A DNA stretch of 63,847 nt, filler included, from Choristocarpus tenellus KU-1152 (taxonomy: Eukaryota > Protista > Phaeophyceae), in assembly GCA_964200185.2 (NCBI GenBank). It is 13 parts of 13 records of this genome, joined end to end, with 100 filler letters (N's around TTAATTAATTAA, not from the genome) between each part and the next. Parts side by side here need not be neighbours in the genome. Positions count along the whole stretch, not along the records: positions 7,682 to 12,024 come from CAXNAD020015013.1; positions 12,125 to 15,421 come from CAXNAD020020962.1; positions 15,522 to 20,079 come from CAXNAD020014010.1; positions 20,180 to 23,178 come from CAXNAD020023034.1; positions 23,279 to 30,408 come from CAXNAD020006641.1; 8 more parts are not named here. The stretch is one strand, 5' to 3'. This document shows, one piece after another, positions 11,762 to 23,388 of this stretch (position 1 is the first letter of the stretch; each line of letters opens with the position of its first letter). The notes beneath the pieces are model-generated. The model was not told where the DNA came from and did not search any database. It worked only from the letters and a program-made list of their open reading frames with translations. The translations under genes and the position numbers were made by a program.

Positions 11762-12177
11762 GTAGGGTAGGTTTGGGCAAAGATTGCTATCAATACAGGA
11801 ACCTACTCAACTGTCCCTTGAGTTTCTCCAGCCGAGCATATGGAGCACACAGCTGAGATTGGCTCAGCCCAGTACAAGCACTAGTGTAAGCCAGTTTTGC
11901 TCCCCCACCATGGTATTCATGGCATTCATGGTATTCATGGTATTGGGCCATCTCTTATACACAACATAACTACTACGTACCTCAGGGGTTGCCAATACAC
12001 CCATATCGAGTGCACTTTTCTGGGNNNNNNNNNNNNNNNNNNNNNNNNNNNNNNNNNNNNNNNNNNNNTTAATTAATTAANNNNNNNNNNNNNNNNNNNN
12101 NNNNNNNNNNNNNNNNNNNNNNNNGCTTGGGTGTTCGGGTGCGCTGGGGCGGCTGGGGCGGTTGGGGGGGGGGGGGT

Positions 12178-12225
<48 letters not shown>

Positions 12226-12241
12226 GTCTTTTCATTTCATT

Positions 12242-13747
12242 TCATTTCACCTTGAGCACATTCTTGAACCTAGGCTCACTTCCACCAACGCCTCCACCCA
12301 GATTATCACCCGCAGCTTTCCTGTGAACACCGCGTTCCACTCCACCAAGCAAACAAGAGAAGCCACGCCCCCTAGAGGCTGGAGGGGGGGGAGGTGACGG
12401 CGAGGGTGTCTCCGCCCTCTTCACCTGGTGTATCTTCCATGCCTCCACCACCTGAGCTGCACGAGCAACCAATCCCTTCACCCACGAGTCAGCACACTTT
12501 GGGCAACGCCAGCCCTGCCCCCAGCCATTGTCTACGCCATGACTCCACTTGTCTCCAGCATACATTAGTCCCCTCGAACCAGTCTCACCAGTTTCCCTCT
12601 GAGCAGCAGCAACTGCAGTAGCCTCAGCTGCACAGCCCCGGTGCCAGAACGTACAACACCCGGCACACTCCAGAACCTGTTGGGCAGTTGTCCTTGTCGC
12701 AACTGGCTTCTCACAGCCCCCTCCACAGGATACTGCGGTGGTGGTCTGCGGAGGACCCCGATGCCCTCCTCCAGAGGAAGCCTTTCGCTTTCTTGGTAGG
12801 CGCATCTGTGCAGCTGACTCACCCACTAGAGCACCAGACGTCCCCGTGACGACGTCAGCGGTACTTCGCTCTCTCCTGCTGCTGCCTTCCAATACTTGCA
12901 CACCTCGGGCATCTCTCCGGCAATTAATACGAGTTTGGTGCACAGGCTTCTTCTCCAAGTCAGCAACAGGAGATGATGCAGCGGGGGCCGTAGAAGTCCC
13001 AGTCGGAGCAGCATTGGAAGCGGCTGCAGAGGGGGATCTAACAGCCGAAAGCGAGGACATGGCTCGCTGCTGCCTCACACAAGACAACGCTCTTCTTACT
13101 ACCGCTCCCGTTTGGTTTTTCTTGCCCTTCCCCTTGCCCTTTGCTTTTCCCCCTTCCCTCACTGGTGATGATGCAATCGATGCCACTGATGAGGCTGCCA
13201 ATTTGGCTTCTGAACTCTGGACTGTAGTGGGCACTACTGCTACTGCAGCTGTCAACATTTTGAGGTCACATCCAGCAGTAGCCACTGTATTCATATCAGA
13301 TGCGGGTGGAGGTGATGCCATGGCGTCGCTGTTTACCGAAGCATCCCCAGAGATCACTTGATGTGTGGGCTTGTCAGGCAGGGAGGTGCCAGACGAAGAG
13401 GTCATGTATAAGCCTCGGTTCTGGCATACTGCACGCACGTCATCCTTCAGGGTGGATAAACGCTTGCGACGGCTACAAGGAGTTGGATTTTTCCCGACTT
13501 GTGCTGCCTCGCCATTCCATGACCGTTGGGTTCCATATTCTCGGGTCCCCACTCCAGAATTGACTACAGTTCCAGCCCCCCTCATAGGCCTTACTGCACT
13601 GTTAGAGTCCAAGACCTTTGGCAAGTGCACCAGCTGGGTCTGGAAAGTCATAGATCCCTGGGACTGCGTGATTGGCAGACCTTTGCGACTATGTGGAGTA
13701 CGATTTACTGAGCAGTTCCACTCCAACGGCTTTGCTGTTCTCTCCAT
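12242..13747 (-). CDS. Low-complexity protein with a PHD-type zinc finger (large exon; ends uncertain)
   Basis: 501-codon ORF with CGGGC...LECAGCCTFWHRGC...GWRCPKC (C4HC3 plus the conserved W) and basic NLS-like PRKRK. Confidence 0.7.
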   Translation of the reverse strand: MERTAKPLEWNCSVNRTPHSRKGLPITQSQGSMTFQTQLVHLPKVLDSNSAVRPMRGAGTVVNSGVGTREYGTQRSWNGEAAQVGKNPTPCSRRKRLSTLKDDVRAVCQNRGLYMTSSSGTSLPDKPTHQVISGDASVNSDAMASPPPASDMNTVATAGCDLKMLTAAVAVVPTTVQSSEAKLAASSVASIASSPVREGGKAKGKGKGKKNQTGAVVRRALSCVRQQRAMSSLSAVRSPSAAASNAAPTGTSTAPAASSPVADLEKKPVHQTRINCRRDARGVQVLEGSSRRERSTADVVTGTSGALVGESAAQMRLPRKRKASSGGGHRGPPQTTTAVSCGGGCEKPVATRTTAQQVLECAGCCTFWHRGCAAEATAVAAAQRETGETGSRGLMYAGDKWSHGVDNGWGQGWRCPKCADSWVKGLVARAAQVVEAWKIHQVKRAETPSPSPPPPPASRGRGFSCLLGGVERGVHRKAAGDNLGGGVGGSEPRFKNVLKVK

Positions 13748-15245
13748 AATGAGGATGCAACACGCTGTTCAGATATTCTTGTAGGAGAGGGTATATTTTT
13801 GAAGGGTATTGGCAAAGGGGTAAGTCGGTTACGGCATCTAAAGCGACAGGGATAATAGCCCATGCAGGAGCTATTACCCAGTGATGGCAAACGTAGGACG
13901 GAAGATGCGTCCGATATCAGTCATTTGAGTTGAAAATATGTAGGTTCAAAAAGAACTGATTACCTAATTAGACAATCTAGTCGTCAATTAGATCTGAAGA
14001 GTCGCATTGTATGCAACTTGATCACATTACACACACTGCCCATCAATCCTGGCAAAAAAATGTTGGGGTTGAACAATCCTAGATGGCAATAATCAGCACT
14101 CCATCATCAGCGTACCCATCATTCCAACAGTTGCAGTCATTGGGTGCAAATAACATTCTCTTGAGGATTAATTCATTATCCTGCTCCACCGACGCAGGAT
14201 TTTGTTAGAGAAGGACTTGTTCGAGTTGAAAATAGGTGGTGCAGTCAACTCCTCCCCCAAAAGTCAACCATCACCTCAATCCTCTTTGAGAGCAGGTTAC
14301 ACAGTTGCAGTACATGAGTCGTATCTAACTAGGCTTTCCCCTACCTAGGCGAAGAACGATACCCCTCACTTTCACTACGACATGAAGAAAAAGCAGTAAA
14401 CGACGTACGCCTCCGTTCCTCAAGACATTTGGCAGGACAGGGTAAGCATCTCTCACCAACGCCTAGTCTCAGGTCAACCTGGTACTGGATTCCACTTGGA
14501 CACTCTCAGTGTCCCCGTGGAAATGGCGCCAAATTCTCTGCGGCTTCCACGCCTAAAAGACACTCCCTAGTTAGTCACGGAGCGTCTCCTGGCGTTGTCG
14601 TAAGACTCAATGCGAACATCACCCTAATTCCATCAAACCTCAAAAAAGAGCAACCTTGAAAACAAAAAACTTGATCTGTCTCCATTATTTATCGCCCGCA
14701 GCGCGCGCAACCGACCACTTGAAAGTTTACGAAGTAATCTGAGTTTTGTTGGCGGAAGAATTCTGGTTGGTTGGGGGCACAGGGGGGACAGGAAAGAAAT
14801 TTAAAAAAATTACCAACAAGGGAACGAAGAGCTAAATACTGAGAGGTTGAGATTGGGAGGAGGGGATAAGTTAAGTAAGAAAAGGATTGGTCGGCGGAGA
14901 CAGGAGTGGAGAAGGAATGGACAGTACTGAATCGAAGAGGAAACCTGAGGCTGGGGTGGCAGGACGAGGAGGGCTAGATCAAGACAACCCCTGAGCAAGC
15001 TTTCCAGCCCACCCGCCCTGTTGCTTGCTCAGGACCGACTTGGATCTCAGGGTGGGAGTGGAGGTCAAGTTTGGGCGGGGTAGATGTCTTCTAGCTCAAA
15101 GGCACGGTATAAGGGAGATGATGAAGGGGCATTCTTGGATGATTGTGGAGTGGTATTGTTGAGTGGTGTGGTGGAGTGGTAAGTGGAGTGGGGTTGAGTG
15201 GAGTGGTAACTGGTGTGGGGTTGAGTAGGGTTGAAGGGTGTGGTA

Positions 15246-15421
15246 GTGACCGGAAATCAGAGGCGAAAGGGGTCGCACTGGTTGGTCATCAGATAGGGGG
15301 GGTGGCTGGAAATCAGCGACGAAGGGGTCGCATTGGCTGGTCATCGAATGTGGGGAGTGACTGGAAATCAGTGGCGACAGGGGGTTCACCCGGGTTGGTC
15401 ATCGGATAGGGGGGGTGACTG
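15246..15421. repeat. Degenerate ~55-bp tandem repeat x3+, running into the contig end
   Basis: Recurring GTGACTGGAAATCAG..GGGGTCGCA..GGTTGGTCATC.GATAGGGGGG units. Confidence 0.8.
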
Positions 15422-15521
15422 NNNNNNNNNNNNNNNNNNNNNNNNNNNNNNNNNNNNNNNNNNNNTTAATTAATTAANNNNNNNNNNNNNNNNNNNNNNN
15501 NNNNNNNNNNNNNNNNNNNNN

Positions 15522-15564
15522 TGGACACCCTGGTGTAGACCTCCCCCCCCAGATACTTTGGGTC
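15522..15564 (+). mobile_element. MITE family B right end at contig start
   Basis: TGGACACCCTGGTGTAGACCTCCCCCCCCAGATACTTTGGGTC. Confidence 0.8.
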
Positions 15565-18500
15565 AGTGTGTGGAAAGGGGGACTATCCATTTTTTCATAT
15601 ATTATTGTACACCTAGAGTAATGAAATAGAAAATATTGCACAGGGTAAGAAAGATGGTTTAGAATGTGCTACCTCTCAATTGATTTGAGTCAATTGTAGG
15701 TTGTAGGGGTTGCAATTGGTTAGCCACTGCCCCTTTCACAGTGGATGCAATGATGGGAATAGATCGCATTGTAGTGCCAGCCCTTAACTGGCAATCCTGT
15801 CATCCACACAACAACGTTTCCAGGATATATTAGTAATCATTCTTGGTGTGGCAACCAAAACGTCAAGTTGAAAAGTATGACCTGGATTCATTTCTTTTTT
15901 GTACAGGAGAAGTGGTGAGCAAAGAAAGTGACCAGTAAAGAGTCAAGAGTCAAAAGTAAATGAGTGGTACCCAAGGTTGCTTTTCAAGGGTGCCGACAAA
16001 TATGTGTGAAATTCGTCTTTTTTGTACAAATGCGTGTAGGATTTTTTTCTTATTTATGTTGAAATTTCTCACAACAATAAAGAAATCAAAACTCTCAAGT
16101 CAACCTTAGCACTTCATCCATAGGAATAAGGGGTTATTTTGCAAGGTTTAAAATAATGGTTTTAAAATGCGAAACGGTCGAAACTCGGTTACCTTTCGTT
16201 CACATTGACAAAAAACTTCCTTTTTATTATTGAAACATTGAAGTGTACCAGTATTGTAGTGCTGACAATACCACACAGTGCATCATGTATACTCATCCTC
16301 TTGTTAGAGGTTGCGGCATGTAATCAGGTGGTGTAGTGCTCAACCGTATTCCGACTTAAATATACTCTTGTTCATCTTTTTACACTTCTATACCCTGGAC
16401 AGACCCTACAGTCAATCTAACTTTTATGTGCATAGTGTTCACACTCTCCATTTATTTCCACTATGTTCGTAGATTATATTTTGAGGATAGGCACAGGGTG
16501 TCTGCCATGTGGTAATACATTAGTTGATACCAAGGTGCCCACTGAAATAAAGCCACAGTTCTTGCTCTGCCAGCACACACCCAGGCACATCAGGTTCAAG
16601 GGACACCCCGACATTGACATTCACTCCACACAACAAACCCTTTCAAACCACCTCACCTCCAACCCACATCCCTGCGGCCTTGCTTGGTATCATTCTCATA
16701 TTCCTGGTCTTCTAAAATAAAAAGGAGTGCATATCACGCCAGAGAAGTCCTGGGTTGGGGGGGAAACGCAGTTCCTTAAGTCTTTCACGAGGTTTGTCCC
16801 CATGTGACAACGTCACACCTCTGACACAGGGCTTAGAGGTGTCCAGGGGTGAACATGATGGATGATGGTAACAAAAGCACCATTGTTATTAGTAGAAGGA
16901 GGAGGGCGAGATAATTGGGATATGGAGATCAGGAGTAGGAAGGGAAGGATGGATTGTAGGAGAGGGGGTAGGGATGAGCATTTGAGTGGGGTCTGGGAAA
17001 TCGAGGGCCAAGGAGAGTGGGATGAAAGAGGGTAGAAAGGTGGGTTGTGGAAGGACCTAAAAGAAACTCGAAAGTTGGAACAGAACCACTCAAGAATGTT
17101 GTTTGTGTCTGGGATGGCCTCTGCGTCATGGAGCAGTCAGGGTGTGTTGAAGCAGCACAGAGCATACTCTGGCGATGGCAGTGGCTACATATCAAAAGGA
17201 AACACTGTAAAGAAAGACTGAGAGGCAGGATGGACAACTACACACTAGGCTTTACGACCGTTCTACCTTCATTTCTACAGAGTAGCCTCCTTGGCAGTTA
17301 CAAACCAGTCCCCCCCTGCCACACCCGTAAACCACGCTCAACATTTATTGGAGGTCACTGACTTGGGGAAGATGGTGTCCAGTTTGGGCTAATCAGTAAT
17401 GCCACATTTACTGATATCTACGTAACATGTTTGTGTGGATACGCAGGTTTTGACCTGGTTCATTTGATGCAACTACTGCCAGTGGATATATTCCTCATCT
17501 TGGACGAGTTTTGCACTCAATTTATGCATTTCTGTTCTCCTTTTGTTGTTCTTTTTTTACTATCGGAGTGAGCATGTTGCATGTTCTTCCTTTTCCATGA
17601 TATAGATGCAAGAATGGCTATCCCCTAAAATCTTGAGATAATTTCAACTACAATCACTACTACCAATGGTGAAAATTAAACAGGGTAATCAAGCACCCAC
17701 TATGCCTTACCACAACCCACCTCTTCACGCACACAAGTTTGTTGTCATGCAAATATGTATTGTACTCTCACCCTTTTTGTACAGGCAGTACTTTACATAC
17801 ATACCCCATTCTCGACTCAAACATAATATTTTTTGTCACCACACTTATCAACCACAAACACACACATACACAATGCAATCCTAAATCAAATTTTTACACA
17901 ATAGACCTTATGCCACTCTTCCATATGATGAAGAAATCTAGGAGGGCACAGGAAGACACATGCCAACAAGGATGGAACTTGATTTCACAAAAAAGATCCC
18001 CCCCCCCTTGAAAAGGCAAAGAGTCACTAAAAAATACTTCATATCAAGAAATATTAAGTACTCACATAGACTCAAGGACGCAAAGGATGATTCATGCCAG
18101 TCAATACTAAAAGCACTTCTGGAGTAAAAAAAGGGGGCAGAGGAGGGGGGAGGGGGGCGGGGGGTACTTGTAGAGCACGTGGTACAAGAAAACCAACACC
18201 TATACCAATTGAAAAGCTTGTGCTTCACATGAAACCGCCCAATGGAATATCTGCACTTGTGACACAAAGCGACCTCTCTACCCCATCAGCCTTTCACATC
18301 ACTGCTACTACTACTACTATGACTAGTAAACTACTACTACTGCAGCATGGTATATTTTTTCCAAAGGTGAGTGTTTTCATAGCAGAAACACAGTACGACC
18401 AATGAGGGTACTTGCACACACAATAAATAATGACCACATTTCTGTCTCTCCACATCGTTCTAAAAAAATATATGCAAAAATAAAAGAACATGATAAAAAA

Positions 18501-18949
18501 AGAAGGGTTCTACCAATATCGTACCACTGTTTCAGAGTTCACCCACCCTGCCTAGTTGGGGGCAGGGTCATCACCAACCCCAACCCCTCTTCCACAATAA
18601 CAAAAACACTTGAATAAATTGTAGCATCCCTATCATAACCACAAGCTGACTGCACATACATACATACAGACAGACAGGCAGGCAGACAAGACCAACAACG
18701 CCCTTTCAGTCGCAGAAAGAAAAAAAAATTAAGCCATGCAACACCATGCGCACCAGTGAATGAACCTCCACAAAGAAAAATTCGAACCACTTCCACCACA
18801 ACAACAAACTATTTGGAGGCATTTATGTGGGGGCCGGACGTAGAGGTGGGGCAAGGAGCAGCTCCACCTTTGCCACCATCTTGAAGCTAAGCATTACGTA
18901 TGGACAAGCCAAGCCGCACCAAGCCAAAAACTGCAGCGACAGGCCTCTC

Positions 18950-19054
18950 TTACACCCGGCACGTATTGAAGGCACTAGTGGGTGTCTGCACTGCGGACCT
19001 CAGGTCATCGCTCAACAGACCCCAGGCAGTCTCGAATTGCGTCGGGAACGATGT
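18950..19054 (-). CDS. Possible terminal exon (TSFPTQFETAWGLLSDDLRSAVQTPTSAFNTCRV*)
   Basis: TTTTTGCAG acceptor and a GC-richer open frame to TAA. No family assignment. Confidence 0.3.
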   Translation of the reverse strand, partial: TSFPTQFETAWGLLSDDLRSAVQTPTSAFNTCRV

Positions 19055-20461
19055 CTGCAAAAAGGGGTTGTAGAACCGGCTCTCTTAAAAAAAAGAAGAA
19101 TATCTAATATCGAAGGGGGAGGCGTTTACCTCTTTCTGAAGTGTGGACAATGGACTATCAATGATACTGCATACTAGGAACAGTGCATTAGAGTAATAAT
19201 AATAATAGTAATATATCAGATGCATATGTTAAATGCATGCCCATTCAAATCAGTCACGGAAATATATACATACATGTATATATATTTGTGCCAATGGACA
19301 CCACGAACTATCTTTACTTCACTCAGAAAAAAGGAAGAGTTTGGACCATCCACAGGGTGCTGGTACTGTTAATGAACCAAGTACCAGGGAAGGAAAATAA
19401 TCAGTTTGAAGTACGTACGTACAATGCACCAAGATCTGAAACACACACACACAAACACAACCTAGCACTGTAAAAAAAAAAGTGCTTTGTACACACGTAA
19501 ACCAGGCAAAAAGCCCTCTGTACAAACAAAACCCACACAACTAAGAAAATAAGAGGGAACAAACACATACAAAACACTACTATTTTAATCATTGAATCCG
19601 AAAAAACACAAAAACATCACTCAAGCTTCAAAACAAAAATATAAACTAAATTTCTCACTACAGATAATACCAATTATGGGTGACACAGAATAATGTTAAC
19701 AGTCAAGAAATGCTTAAGATTAGGCAAAACCTCCTCCAAGAATATAGAACAGCATCTCCCCCTCCTAACCCTGGTGGCCCACCTGCAAGTTCTGAAGGGC
19801 AATCTTTATCCCCATCCTTGTCTCCTTATCCACCAACTGCCTTTCCCATAATTGCTCATCCTCTCCCTGTGCACAGCTCCCCCCCCCACAGCGATTACCA
19901 CTCTTTATAAGAGCGCATGGCTGATACACTGCAAGGAGGGGGGGGGAGGGAGAGAGAGAGAGAGAGAGTTTACTTGCATCATTGGTTAACCATAGAGCAT
20001 TAAATCACAAAAACTTGTTGCTGGTGACAACACAAAATCAAAGGATTTGAGGTGGTCAGCATGTGTGTGTGTCAGGGGGNNNNNNNNNNNNNNNNNNNNN
20101 NNNNNNNNNNNNNNNNNNNNNNNTTAATTAATTAANNNNNNNNNNNNNNNNNNNNNNNNNNNNNNNNNNNNNNNNNNNNGGGGGAAGTTGAGGGGTGTTG
20201 GGGGATGGGGACTTTTTTGAGGGCTTGGTAGGTTAGAGGGTGTCGGGTTCGCTTGCCGCCGCTTGTTTTATAACGGCTTGGTGGTCATCACCAAGAGAGT
20301 CCTATGACGGCCGTAGCACCTTTGGCTCTTGTCCTCTGTCATCATGGTCGACTCTTTACTCTTTACTTCGGGGGGATAACGTTTTTTTTTGGTTCTGAAG
20401 CGATACGTTGTTTTGTTGTTTTGTTTTTTGCTGCATCCTGTCCGTTCCCCTCGTAGTGCGG

Positions 20462-20564
20462 TGTGTACAAACATGTGACATTGTTGATGATTCATGTGTA
20501 CAAACATGTGACATTGTTGATGATTCATGTGTACAAACATGTGACATTGTTGATGATTCATGTG
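20462..20564. repeat. Perfect 33-bp tandem repeat x3
   Basis: TGTGTACAAACATGTGACATTGTTGATGATTCA x3. Confidence 0.95.
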
Positions 20565-20769
20565 TGCAACCGACGACTGCGATCGGGCCGTTCCTGATGA
20601 TACACACGCCGAGATAGTAGATGAGGACCTTTTTTTCTTGACAGCAGCACTCCCCGGCTATTTTTTTCCTTCTTTTTTTCCTTCTTTTTTTCCTTCTTTT
20701 TTTCTTCTTTTTTTCCTTCTTTTAAGTGTACAGACAGTTGTGCTTGAAGTGTTTCTGCGATTACAGTTA

Positions 20770-20955
20770 GAGTCAAAAGTATGTTAGGGTTAGGGTTAGG
20801 GTTAGGGTTAGGGTAAGAGCCACGTGCGTCCATTTGGTGGCGAAAATCCAATGTTCCGATTTTTTAATGTAATTTTGGCCATCGATTTTGTTAGGAAGTG
20901 TCAATATTATCCTTGTTCCAGACACACCTTTCTTTGTAACGTATACATTTATACC
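20770..20955 (-). mobile_element. MITE family A, partial copy with (TTAGGG)5 inside its TIR
   Basis: GAGTCAAAAGTATG-(TTAGGG)5-TAAGAGCCACG..GTCCATTTGG...TTGTTAGGAAGTGTCAATATTATCCTTGTTCCAGACACACC, colinear with the 10432 copy. Confidence 0.88.
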
Positions 20956-21079
20956 CCTTGCGACCTTGAAAGCCGCCAGTGATTACCTTCCACATTTTGC
21001 CTTTCCTTGTGTGCACCCTCCTTACCAATGTCCTTCAATGCTTTTCTCACTGCTGTTCCTCTGCGTCTGTGGACTTGAG

Positions 21080-21490
21080 GCCGGTGCATTCATTCCGTTT
21101 GCTTCAGGACCCCGTGGTTGTGTGGGTCAGCCATTTGCACGGGTAGCCCTGAACATCCTTCTTGCTCGCCTTTGCCGCGACCACTACTTCTGCCAAGCTC
21201 CAGAGCCTGCCACAGAGCTAAGCCCAAACTCAAGGCAGGGGCAGGACCTTCAGCAAGGGGCAGGGGAGCGCTCTTCATCAAGACAGTGGATGTCATCTAC
21301 AGAGGGGGAGACTTTTTCTGACAGACTGGTCCCAGAGATGCCGAAAGCGAAAGTGGAGGAGGAAGGGAAGTTGAAGGAGATGCAAGCTGGCTTCACTGTA
21401 CTTCCTCTTGGTGGTGTAAAGCTTCGACTGCGTCAGTGGGGGGAGGGGGAGGGGGAGGAGGAGGAGGAGGAGGAGGATTCGGGTTTGTAA
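21080..21490 (+). CDS. Cytochrome P450, terminal exon
   Basis: Heme-binding motif FIPFASGPRGCVGQPFA (FxxGxRxCxG) and C-terminal GFTVLPLGGVKLRL. The acceptor is probably GAG at 21079. Confidence 0.88.
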   Translation, partial: AGAFIPFASGPRGCVGQPFARVALNILLARLCRDHYFCQAPEPATELSPNSRQGQDLQQGAGERSSSRQWMSSTEGETFSDRLVPEMPKAKVEEEGKLKEMQAGFTVLPLGGVKLRLRQWGEGEGEEEEEEEDSGL

Positions 21491-23000
21491 CTCTTTACAT
21501 GCTATATAAATACACATTTGAACCCAATTTCCAAAGAGTAATGAAGGAAAATGAGAGTTGCCGTGTAGTGGCAGAGTGCACTGTCTCCTGTTTGGTAATG
21601 CTGGGTTGGGAGGGAGAGAGGTATGAAGTTGAAGGAAGTGAGAGCGGAGTGCCACTGACTGGGTTCTAAGGGGCCTGACTATTGGGAGGGCACGTGTTCT
21701 TGAAGCATTCCCTCAGTCCACGCGTGTGGATTGCACTTTTGCTGTTTTGTGTTGGTGCGTTCAGTCAGTTATTTGAAGCAAGTTATCCTCATTCGGTGAC
21801 CTGCTTCATCTTATTTTGAAAACAAGGTTGAAAGAGGCCCTCTTCTCTTCCCGGTTGGTTTGGCCTAAGAGTCTTGCTGAGATCAGTTTCACCTCTACTG
21901 TGGTTACTTTGCAGGTTGCTTGCCTGATTCTCTGGTGGGCCCTTTCTGTTCTTACGTGTTTTTTAGTTGCTAGTCACTTGGCCAGAATGTAGTAGGTATT
22001 TTTGAGAATGTTGCTGCTGTTCTAGGGCAGAGGTGCGGGCTCTTCTCAGAATTTTGACACCATTTTACATATTTTGTATTCATCAACACGCGGCTCCCTT
22101 GTTTTAGCATGAGCAAGCCTTTTTGCTTTGGCCTGGATGCAGGCATAGAGAAATGTGACTTCCAACAGTAAAGGCTGGAGAAGAAAGGTGTCTCAATGAA
22201 CTGGATGGGCCAATAGAGGAGTAGTGCTGTGAGCACACGCCATTCTGTATCACTCCCACCCCAAGAGTATAATCTATTTCTCCACTTTCTCGTCCTCACA
22301 CTGCCATGCACTACTCCCGTTTAGAACTTGCAACTGTGATGATGAGGTGCACTTTTATGTCATACCCCATCCTCCATAGACCCTCCGACTCATAATAAGT
22401 TGGTGACATCTTGCTCATGTGAGCGACCCATCATTGTGTTGAACAACTAGAGACGAATATGCTTTGCATTACTACTTCATAGAGCTGCGGTGACTCTGAG
22501 GTGCTGTGTGTAGTTAGTTGAAGATAGTTTTCACCCCCCCTCTTCTCTATTGTAAGAACCATGAGCTAGGGCACTCTCCGCTGTTCAGGAAGTAGTTATG
22601 TTTGGGTGGTGCCACTCCAATGGCAGTGTGATGATAGTAAATTTACGGGTTTTGCTTGAGCTTTTATGGGGAGGTCCATTGATGCTTACTGCTTTTGGAG
22701 AGGGGTTAATTAGATGCATCAAGAATGCAATTACAATGAACAAGAGATTGAATTATTGAAGACCAGAATGGAATTTTCAAAATTTGAAATTAACCGCGTA
22801 TTTGATTCTGCATGGTGGAACAATAATCAGCGTTTTCTGTTGCCAATGGAATTTGGTGACGAGGAAAAGCCCGTTCAAAACAAGGCTCAATCTAAGAGTA
22901 TGTCATGCATGTGTGCTTCCCTTGTGTTGCAAGTTTGAGGATCTTGGAGAGGAGAAGCGTGGACTCTTACTTGTTCCTCTTTGACCTCTATCATAATCAT

Positions 23001-23032
<32 letters not shown>

Positions 23033-23107
23033 TATTTTTCATGTTACATATGTTGTTGTACAGAATACAGTTAAGTGTTGTGTTTCTAGTAGTTTGGTCT
23101 TTAAATT

Positions 23108-23178
23108 GGCTCACAGTATCTGGGAGGGGGTGGCGGCTGTCCTTTTGGGTGATTTGATTGCATACGTCGGATGGATAC
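23108..23178 (+). mobile_element. MITE family B fragment at contig end
   Basis: GGCTCACAGTATCTGGGAGGGGGTGGCGGCTGTCC. Confidence 0.8.
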
Positions 23179-23278
23179 NNNNNNNNNNNNNNNNNNNNNN
23201 NNNNNNNNNNNNNNNNNNNNNNTTAATTAATTAANNNNNNNNNNNNNNNNNNNNNNNNNNNNNNNNNNNNNNNNNNNN

Positions 23279-23388
23279 CTTACATTATACATCCGACGCA
23301 TGCAACCAAATCACCCAAAAATCGCAAGATGAAAAAATTGGCCCCAAATCGACATTCATTCGCCACCCCCTCCCAGATATTCTGAGCC
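23279..23388 (-). mobile_element. MITE family B fragment at contig start
   Basis: ...CAACCAAATCACCCAAAAATCGC...CCACCCCCTCCCAGATATTCTGAGCC. Confidence 0.8.

Noticed and set aside
12164-12224. Long poly-G/poly-C runs (also 42338-42510 and 63778-63818)
   Set aside because: They sit at contig ends and gaps, so their lengths are unreliable and possibly sequencing artefacts. Not called as G-quadruplex features.
20462-20564. 31-33-bp direct repeats (also 10185 and 49689) of CRISPR-like length
   Set aside because: Units are contiguous with no spacers, there are no cas genes, and the context is eukaryotic.
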